A stretch of 64,000 nt of DNA, from contig JBHLLT010000002.1 of NCBI GenBank assembly GCA_048938855.1, positions 352,001 through 416,000 of the forward strand. The letters are read 5' to 3'. The notes under the pieces were generated by a model. It made no database searches, was not told the DNA's origin, and saw only the letters and a list, made by a program, of their open reading frames with translations. Shown piece by piece: positions 9,367 to 17,700 of the stretch. The DNA is from Promethearchaeota archaeon. Its GTDB lineage: Archaea > Asgardarchaeota > Lokiarchaeia > Sigyniarchaeales > SOKP01. Numbering within the stretch: position 1 is the stretch's first letter; the number at the start of each line of letters is the position of its first letter. The position numbers were made by a program, and so were the translations under genes.

Positions 9367-10722
9367 CTATTTTAATATTTTTTTTTCTTTTGCATCTAAT
9401 TCTAGCCAGTCAGATACATTTTTGAGTTGTTTTCTTGAGGATGCACTTAAAACTTTTAGAAAAGGAAGTAAATCTTGAATGAAATCAACTTCAGAGATCT
9501 CGTATTTATTCTTGATTTTTTCTAAAAACTCTTTTTCAACATTTGTTAAAGAGAAGTAACTCCCAGAAGCATATCGTGGAAAAACAACTCTTTGAAAACC
9601 TTTAGATATTGGAGTTTCCTTCCTTGTTAAAGCTACTCCTCCAGCAAAAAGGTCAAAAAAATATGGTAATAAACCCCAATATTGGTTAGTTCTAATCCTT
9701 CCAAAAATTTCATCTGCCAGTGAAAGATTTTCAAAAGCGTTAATGAGTTCTCTATTAGTTTTTATAAAAGTAAGGAGATTCTCATTTATCCATTTGTATA
9801 GGAAATTGTAATCCACATCAGATTTATCAGTTAAATTTCGTGCTTCTTTTAAAGAAGTAACTTGAAATAATTCTCTAATTAGGGTGAAAATTTCTTCTAG
9901 ATTATCACGCCGAAGACTTCTAATTAATTCTTTTACATCTCCTTCAACTTTTCCTTGCCCAATTCCTTGAATATCGTTTATAATTCCTCGCAGATCTCCA
10001 TTATTTCTATCAATAATTAAATCTATATCTTCCTCTTGAAGAGTGGTGATCTTCTCTTTCTTTATAATATTATCTACAATTTTAAGTACTTCCCTTTTCG
10101 GTAAAGTGTGAACTTCATATCGTTTAATTTTATTATAGAGTGGCTGCAAATTTGTTTTATACTCATTGGAACACATTATAATGGGAAATTGCGTGTTTTG
10201 GATTAAATCTATCACTGTAGGAATAGCTCCTCTATCTTGTACTCCATAAATTCCATCGATTTCATCAATTAAAATCAATTTTTCTTTGGATTCAGTAATA
10301 AAATCCATAATTCCTCGAGATTTAGTAGTTTCTTTCAACCTTCTTTCTAATGCATCCCTAGTTCGTGTATCAGATGCATTTGTTTCTACTACTTCCATAT
10401 TAAAATCATTAGCAAGGGCATAAACTATAGAAGTTTTGCCAATTCCTGGTGGTCCCTCCAATAAAACAGCCGCTTTTTCAGAGGGTATTCGATTTTCTTC
10501 CTTCTGCTCTTTTTCACTAGCGGTTCTATTGAATTCTCGAATCCTCTTATTTTCTCTATTAATTCTTTCTCTTTCTTCAAAGAATTGGTTTAAAAAGTTG
10601 GTTAGTTCTTCATCCAATTTTACACGTTGCCTTCCAAGCCTGGCGGTGGGCAAAGCCATATTTTTAATGCTTTTTGGGCGATATTTCTCAACCCACGGAA
10701 TCTCAGGATTACTTTTTGACAT
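9367..10722 (-). CDS. rfcL: Replication factor C large subunit
   Basis: PWVEKYRP, GPPGIGKT, NASDTR, LIDEIDG and GDLR motifs; no SRC motif. Confidence 0.93.
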   Translation of the reverse strand: MSKSNPEIPWVEKYRPKSIKNMALPTARLGRQRVKLDEELTNFLNQFFEERERINRENKRIREFNRTASEKEQKEENRIPSEKAAVLLEGPPGIGKTSIVYALANDFNMEVVETNASDTRTRDALERRLKETTKSRGIMDFITESKEKLILIDEIDGIYGVQDRGAIPTVIDLIQNTQFPIIMCSNEYKTNLQPLYNKIKRYEVHTLPKREVLKIVDNIIKKEKITTLQEEDIDLIIDRNNGDLRGIINDIQGIGQGKVEGDVKELIRSLRRDNLEEIFTLIRELFQVTSLKEARNLTDKSDVDYNFLYKWINENLLTFIKTNRELINAFENLSLADEIFGRIRTNQYWGLLPYFFDLFAGGVALTRKETPISKGFQRVVFPRYASGSYFSLTNVEKEFLEKIKNKYEISEVDFIQDLLPFLKVLSASSRKQLKNVSDWLELDAKEKKILK

Positions 10723-10735
10723 TTGCTTTACACAC

Positions 10736-11821
10736 TCACATATATTCTGAAAATAGACAAATTTTAGATAATAAAGCAGAAACTTGGATATCTATATCTA
10801 ATCCATCCAATGTGCGAAAATCAGAGTCTGCAATCAAGTTAATAAATTTAATACGAGTAAATTTACTTATAGGTAATTTGTTAATCTCAATAAGAAGTAA
10901 TTTATACAATTCATGAGCGCTATATTTGTAACTAGAAAGAATATTCCTTGCTAAATCTCGGGTTTTTGGAAAATCACCTTTAAGCGCTACCATTAAAAGG
11001 CTTCTTATAAGATCATTATGAAATTTCTGAGACGTTTCATATAATATTTCTTCATTGATCGTATTATCAGAGACGCTGCTTAGTTGAAGGATATCTATTG
11101 CTCTTGAAATTCTACCTTCTGAAATTTTATATAAAATCTCAATACATTCATCTGATATCTTTAGCGTCTCTTTTTCGGCAATGGTTAGAATCAATTCTCT
11201 AAAATCATTTAATTTAACCCGAGATACTAGAATAATTTGACATCTACTTATTATAGGATTAATTATATTCGAAATCTTAGTGGTTATTAGGATCATTCTA
11301 CAATTTGAACCATAGATTTCCATTAACCTTCTAAAGCCTTGTTGATTTGAGCCTAAAGATTCGAAATTTTTTACTATAAGTATTTTAAATGGCGCTCCTC
11401 CCAAAACCTTTAATTGAACGAATGGTTTTATTCTTACCTGAATAAAAGCAGGTGTAGTTATCTTTTTCCCCGCAATACTGCCTATTTTACTTGTAGATAC
11501 ATATGCATCTGTTCTTGCTTGTTTTCTTTCTTCCTCATTTAAAGGAACATTTGCATAAACTAATTTAAAATTCGCATCATAAGTTTTCCCAAGAAATTCC
11601 TTTGAAAAAAGTTGGGCAATCATAGTTTTTCCAATGCCTTGAGAACCAACGAACAGTAGATGTGGGAAATTACCTTGCTGAATTATAGATTTCAAGGTTT
11701 CCTTAACCTGATGTCTTCCACAAACTTGATTTAGATTCATTGGATGATACTTTATGCGCCAAATAGGAATTTCTTCATTCAAATCAATTACCTTATCTCT
11801 ACTCTTATAAATATAATTCAT
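10736..11821 (-). CDS. rfcS: Replication factor C small subunit paralogue with degenerate ATPase site
   Basis: WRIKYHP, PHLLFVGSQGIGKT and SRC present. Walker B reads ILIVKNFE; sensor-2 GDLR reads GRIS. Confidence 0.85.
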   Translation of the reverse strand: MNYIYKSRDKVIDLNEEIPIWRIKYHPMNLNQVCGRHQVKETLKSIIQQGNFPHLLFVGSQGIGKTMIAQLFSKEFLGKTYDANFKLVYANVPLNEEERKQARTDAYVSTSKIGSIAGKKITTPAFIQVRIKPFVQLKVLGGAPFKILIVKNFESLGSNQQGFRRLMEIYGSNCRMILITTKISNIINPIISRCQIILVSRVKLNDFRELILTIAEKETLKISDECIEILYKISEGRISRAIDILQLSSVSDNTINEEILYETSQKFHNDLIRSLLMVALKGDFPKTRDLARNILSSYKYSAHELYKLLLIEINKLPISKFTRIKFINLIADSDFRTLDGLDIDIQVSALLSKICLFSEYM

Positions 11822-12789
11822 TAAGATTGGACATTCTCTATAATCATTGCTAATAGGGCCGAAATTTGTATTTTTTCATCTGCTCCTTGACTTATTCGAT
11901 AATCAATTTCTCCAATAAAAACTCTTATTTTAATAATATTTTCAGTGTCTAAATTTAATGATGGAAGAATTTCTGAAATCTGTCTAATAAAGTTACGACT
12001 GTCAAAAATTTCAATAGACTCTACAATTTCTCCAGCTCTCATAAAACCTTTACTTTTTAAAGATTTAATTAATTCATCTAGGGTTTTTTCTTCCAAAAAA
12101 CCTGAAATCTTCATAACTTCATTTATATCTAAATTCTCTAATAAATCTAGAGCAACAGCCATTTGTAAGGTATTTATTGCTTTTCTTAAGTCCCCCCCTG
12201 AAATAAAAAATAATTTATTGAAAAAATCTTCAGCTTTATCAGAAGGTATTTTTAATTTCTCTTTTTTTACGATTTCTTTTAGCCTTTCAATAATTCTCTC
12301 TTTCGGCAAACTTACAAACCTAAACACAGCACATCTGGATACTATTGGATCAATAATTCTATTAATATAATTACACAATAAGATGAATTTTATATTATTT
12401 GAAGACTTTTCTATTATTCTTCTAAGCGCTTGTTGAACTTGGCCCGGTATATTATCCGCCTCATCTAAGATTACAAATTTAATGGTCCCATCTTTTATTA
12501 TACTCTGGTCTACAAAATTCTTAAGAATGTTTCTCACAAATTCTATTCTTACCGTATCAGAAGCATTTAATTCTAAAAGATTTGTATCAAGTTGATCTTC
12601 TCTAAGAAAATGTCTAGCAATGATTAAAGCTGTACTAGTTTTTCCAGTTCCCGCTGGACCTGTAAAAATGAGATGAGGAATATTTGTAGTTTGAACGAAT
12701 TTTTTGAGGTTGTTGATAGCAATGTTCTGGCTTACGATGTCGTCAAATGTAACCGGACGATACTTTTCTGTCCAAGGGATCTCTAACAT
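11821..12789 (-). CDS. rfcS: Replication factor C small subunit (canonical)
   Basis: PWTEKYRP, GPAGTGKT, LELNASD, DEAD, SRC and GDLR all intact. Confidence 0.95.
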   Translation of the reverse strand: MLEIPWTEKYRPVTFDDIVSQNIAINNLKKFVQTTNIPHLIFTGPAGTGKTSTALIIARHFLREDQLDTNLLELNASDTVRIEFVRNILKNFVDQSIIKDGTIKFVILDEADNIPGQVQQALRRIIEKSSNNIKFILLCNYINRIIDPIVSRCAVFRFVSLPKERIIERLKEIVKKEKLKIPSDKAEDFFNKLFFISGGDLRKAINTLQMAVALDLLENLDINEVMKISGFLEEKTLDELIKSLKSKGFMRAGEIVESIEIFDSRNFIRQISEILPSLNLDTENIIKIRVFIGEIDYRISQGADEKIQISALLAMIIENVQS

Positions 12790-12819
12790 GTTAGTAATCC
12801 TATTAGTATTATCACTTAC

Positions 12820-13296
12820 CTAATCTTTTGCGTCTTTTTCAGTAAGATTTAACTCTAAAACTTCGTAAACTTTTTTAAAATTCATTTTTTCATAAAGCTT
12901 AGAAGCTTCCAATGCTTTCTCTTTAATATTAACTCTTATTCTCTCAACTTTTATTTTCTTTAAATGCTCTAAAGCTTTTTCTAGTAATAGACTTCCTACT
13001 CCTTTTTTTCTATAAGGTTCTTTTAAAAAGAACTGTTTGATATATCCTTCGGATGATCCAAAGGGATCAATTCGAAGCTCCGCTATAATCATTCCAATAA
13101 TCTCATCAGAATCTTCATCAATAGCTATTAATATACCATGTCGTTGGAGTGGATCATATAAGCGCCGTCGGATACCCCAATCAAATCTTTTTGGATCGAA
13201 TTCTTGCCCCAAACCTTCTACCAACTGCTGTGTCAATTCTTTTAAAATATCAATCTGATCCGGACTTGCTACGTTTACTTTTATATTTGAACTCAT
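12820..13296 (-). CDS. GNAT family N-acetyltransferase
   Basis: Acetyl-CoA motif YRKKGVGSLLL; ASKLYEKMNF. Confidence 0.85.
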   Translation of the reverse strand: MSSNIKVNVASPDQIDILKELTQQLVEGLGQEFDPKRFDWGIRRRLYDPLQRHGILIAIDEDSDEIIGMIIAELRIDPFGSSEGYIKQFFLKEPYRKKGVGSLLLEKALEHLKKIKVERIRVNIKEKALEASKLYEKMNFKKVYEVLELNLTEKDAKD

Positions 13297-13468
13297 ATTT
13301 CATCGTGAATGTTTATTCTAATAAAATAATTATTGCTATTTTATAATTTAAATTTTCTTGACTTAAAATTAATAAAATAACAAATGAGATGTTAATTAAT
13401 ACACCCTTTAATTAAAACAATCGCTTTTAAAAAAATTAAAATAAAATAAATATATACACACAAAAATG

Positions 13469-13756
13469 TTAAAAATGGCGAGCTGATGTGCCATCCCAAG
13501 CCCTTACCGTCTCATTTACCCATCCGCATTTTGGACATTTATCTGGGAGTTCCCAACTTTCAAGTGCGGGGTGTATACGACAATATAATCCTCCACATTT
13601 TGCACAAACAAGATATTTAGCTCCACAACCCGCACACATCTTTAATTGTCCCTCTTCAACAAAGGGAAAGGCTCTTTTCATCCATTCATCATGAGCAAGA
13701 GAAAAGTTCTCTTTTCCACACACAATACAATGAACACCATCTTCTTCATGACTCAT
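13469..13756 (-). CDS. Small double zinc-ribbon protein
   Basis: Four CxxC motifs (CIVC, CAGC, CAKC, CPKC); ATG at 13756. Confidence 0.75.
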   Translation of the reverse strand: MSHEEDGVHCIVCGKENFSLAHDEWMKRAFPFVEEGQLKMCAGCGAKYLVCAKCGGLYCRIHPALESWELPDKCPKCGWVNETVRAWDGTSARHF

Positions 13757-13924
13757 AAATTTCACCAAATATTATACCTAATGATTGAATTACTTGAAAT
13801 TAATACTTTTACAATGTAATAATATTAAATAAATAATAAAATTACAAATTATATATTTTCTTATATGTAAAAATTGATTAAAAAATAAAAAAAAAATTAA
13901 GGAACTACAAAGACATTTTTAATA

Positions 13925-14248
13925 TTACATTTTTAGTTTCTTAGTCCCTGTGCCACCTTTAACTTCTGGATTGACAGCCTCAAGATTTTGCAGTATTGTA
14001 AATATCGCATCTTCTTCTAAAGCTTCTTTAAAAGCGAGGTACATCTCTTTGTCTCTGATAAATAATCCCTTTCTTTTCATTGGACCACCATCGCTTTTTA
14101 ATGGGTTAACTTCTATAAATAGAAGTGCAGGTCTTGTTTTTGTTCCAGGAACTTTTACTACATACACACCAGGAACATCAGTTTCCATTTTTTCCCAATC
14201 CGCACCATTTTTTAAATGGTCACTCAATTGTGCTTGAATATCTGCCAT
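13925..14248 (-). CDS. Conserved archaeal-type protein, possible PC4/Sub1-like ssDNA-binding fold
   Basis: Beta-rich core ending in 'DGGPMKRKGLFI..KEMYLAFKEAL', resembling the PC4 motif 'GEMKPGRKGISL..EQW..LKE'. Confidence 0.5.
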   Translation of the reverse strand: MADIQAQLSDHLKNGADWEKMETDVPGVYVVKVPGTKTRPALLFIEVNPLKSDGGPMKRKGLFIRDKEMYLAFKEALEEDAIFTILQNLEAVNPEVKGGTGTKKLKM

Positions 14249-14516
14249 TATAAATCATTTTTATATTACATAATGTGTTACGTCTTACATACAATACATG
14301 TATAAAAATTTTTTGAAATATGAGTTTCCATTATAAACTAGATATTTTAAGAATGTAGCCAACTATTAAAAAAGTTTGAAGAAATCATTTTAATTTCAAA
14401 TAAAAGGAAAATTATCTCTTTTGTCGGATTTCTTGGGGTTAATTTCCACTAAATCTTTATATATTACTAAGGTGATATGTATATTCATCAACAACTCAAA
14501 GAATTTTGTGATTTTA

Positions 14517-14738
14517 ATGAAATTAATATCTGTAAATTTACCAGAATCGTATTTGAAGGTCTTGGAGATACTTGTACTTAACGGAAAATTTCCGAATCGC
14601 TCTGAAGCTATAAGGGTAGCCATCCGAGACTTAATTAAGACCGAATATTTGATTGAAGAATCCGTAAATAGAAATATTGCACCAAGTCTAATAGAATCTG
14701 AAGTAGAAAATGAAATTCAAGAAAATTTGGTCATTTAA
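14517..14738 (+). CDS. Ribbon-helix-helix regulator (CopG family, CdrS-like)
   Basis: MKLISVNLPESYL...GKFPNRSEAIRVAIRDLI; ATG at 14517. Confidence 0.85.
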   Translation: MKLISVNLPESYLKVLEILVLNGKFPNRSEAIRVAIRDLIKTEYLIEESVNRNIAPSLIESEVENEIQENLVI

Positions 14739-14781
14739 CTTATCATTTTATTTTTTTAAAATAAGGTGATAAAGAGAATAT

Positions 14782-17700
14782 TCAATCTCTTTTTTTTAAT
14801 AAGTCCAAAACTTTTTTCCTTCTTTCTTCTCTTCTAGCAGCGATTCTAGTCCGCAATTCTGCTGTTGTATCTTCAGAAGGGGTTCCTACTTTTGCTTTTT
14901 CAGGTTTTAGTCCGAGTTTTTCTCTAAGATTTGAAATAATTTCATTGATTTTAATAGTATATCTTGTACCGATAGTTAAATTATTAAGTTGAAAATTTGC
15001 TTCATTTAACTCTGAAATTGCTCTCTTGATTTGATTCTCACTTATAGCTTCTTGGGCATTATCAAGAGCCTTATAGGCCTCTTTAAAGTTTTTATTTTGT
15101 AAAACATCATCAGTGACATCTAAGATGATTATAGGAATATCAGCTTGATTTTTTACATCTTCAACTTGTTCATTAATTTTCATAATTTCTTCTTCTTTGC
15201 CCAGATTAGATAATCTTTGGATTTCTTCTATCATCATTAAGATTCCCTCATTATATCGGAAATTTTCGATTAATTTACTTGCTTTGTCTAACTTAGCTGA
15301 AATTTTTCTCAGAACTTCTTCTTGTACGAATCTACGTTTCTCCTCCTTCTTTCTCTTAGCTTCTTCCTCTCGTTGTCTTTTAGCTTCTTCTTTAATTAAC
15401 ATTAATTGCTTTTCTTCTTCAATTTTTTTTGCTCTTATATCTTCTAGAATCTGCACTTTTTTTTGTTCCCTTTTAAGCTTAAATAAAAGATCATTATTTA
15501 TACGTGAAACTTCCCTTTGCCATGATATTTGTTGAAATAAATCACGAGCTTCAACAAATTTCTCATAAGCCTCAGTAAATTTTCCTTTATCCATGAGTAA
15601 TGTTCCTTCTTCTAGAAATTTATAAGCATTCTCTGAGATTTGATGTTCTTGTTCTTTTGCATGTTGAATTTTTAGAAATTCTTTTCTCTTTTCGTCTTGT
15701 TGCTGTTTTCTTAATATTTCAGCCTCAGCTAATTTTTCCTCTAATTTTTGTTCTGTTAATTGTTTTTCAATTTCTCTCTGTTCCAGCGTTTTTTGTTCCA
15801 TTTCAAATGCTTCTTTCTTGCTTTTGATCATTGAAATTGAATCTAGGACCATTTTAATTCCTTCTTCCCATTCAATTTCTTCAAAGATAATCTCACTTTC
15901 TTTGTAATATTCAATTGCTTTATCAAAATGATTCTGCCTTAGTTCACGTTTAGCTTGATCCATTAAACGAAATGCTTTATCTTTTTGACTTTCGAATTGT
16001 GCTACACGTTCTTTCTTGAGATCAAGGGATTCTTTTCGTTGTTTTATTAGTTTTTCTTGCTCTATTTTTGCTTGTTCTAGTAATCTTTGTTGAACTAGTA
16101 ATTCTTCTTCTCTTTTTCTTACCTTTTCAGCTTCTAAAGCACGAATTCTCTGATCTTTGGTGGCTTTTTCCTTATAAAAGTTAATTGTATTTTTTAGCTT
16201 CGCTGACTCTTCTATCCATCCTATATCTTCAAAACTTTTTCTAGCATCTCGATAGATTTCTATTATTTTTTCATAAGGTGCTTCATAGTCAAAAACACCA
16301 GCTTTAATTTTTAGCTCGTATTCTTGAGCCATTCTTTCTGCATTTTGAATCATATTAAAAATCTTGGCAGTAATTTCATCTGATTCTTTTTCCTTTTGTT
16401 CTATTTCTAATAAACGTTCCTTTCTTTCGAGAAAATCCCTATCTGGTTCAGCTCCCGCACCTATTAATCCAATACCAGGTTTCTCTAATTTTTTTTTCTC
16501 AATTTCTCTTAATTTATCATCTTTTTCCTTCTTTTCCCTGTAAAATTTAATGGTTTCAATTAAACGACTAGCTTCTTCTTTCCATCCAATTTTGTTGAAC
16601 ATATCTCGAGCAAGTTCATAATTAGCTATTGCTTCACTATATGGACTTTCATAAACTAAAATATCTTTTCTGATGCTTAATTCATAGCTCTTGACGGCTT
16701 TTTCTGCTTCATTAATTAAATTCATAGCTTTATCTAAAAGGATATCTTCTTCTTTCTCTAATTCTTCAACTATTTCTGGTCTAGCAGGGATGGTTTCTTT
16801 TTTACCCAATTTATGAAGATCTTCAATTTCTTTATCTCTTTGAGCTTTTTTTGCTTCTACTTCAAGTAATTTTTCATGCTTATCTTGTTTTTCTTGGTAA
16901 ATCTTGACTTGGTTAGCGTAAATTTGTGATTGGTCTATCCAACCTCTTTCAACCAATTTATCTTTGAGTTCAGAATAAATTTCAATAATTTCAGAATATG
17001 GAGTATTCTCCAACACTTCACCTTTTTTTATTGCTTTTTTCATAGCAGAATCAAATTCTCTTTCCAATTTTTCTGCTTTGTTTAAGTTTTCTGTGATATA
17101 ACTTTCAAACTCTTTTTCCTCTCTCTTTTTTTGTAGACTACTTAATTTTTGTTGATCTACCTCACCTATTTTATCTCTTTTATGCATATCTTCTATAGCT
17201 TTTTCTCTCTGAGCTTTTTGTAATTCAACTTCTAACAATTTTTTGTGATTCTCTGATTTTTCTTCATAAATTTTAATCTGATTTGCAAATACTTTTGCTT
17301 GTTCTATCCAACCTCTAGCATACACTTTGTCACGTATTGATTTATAAATCTCAATGACATCAGCATATGGAGTATTTTCAAGGATTTTACCTTCTTTAAA
17401 AGCCTTCCTTTTTTCTATTTCATAGTCTCGTACCATCTTTTCTGCAATATTTACATTTTTGGAAATTAATTTCTCAAAATCTTCTTCCTCTTTTTTTCTT
17501 TCAATAGCTTTTAATCTTTTTTTGTCTATTTCCATTTCTTGATCAACTTTGTGCATATCTTCAAGTGCTTTTTCTCGCTGAGCTTTTTCTAATTCAACTT
17601 CTAACAATTTTTGATGGTTCTCTAATTTTTCTTCATAAATTTTTATTTGGTTTGAATATATTTCTGCTTGTTTTAGCCAACCCCGAGCATATACTTTTTC

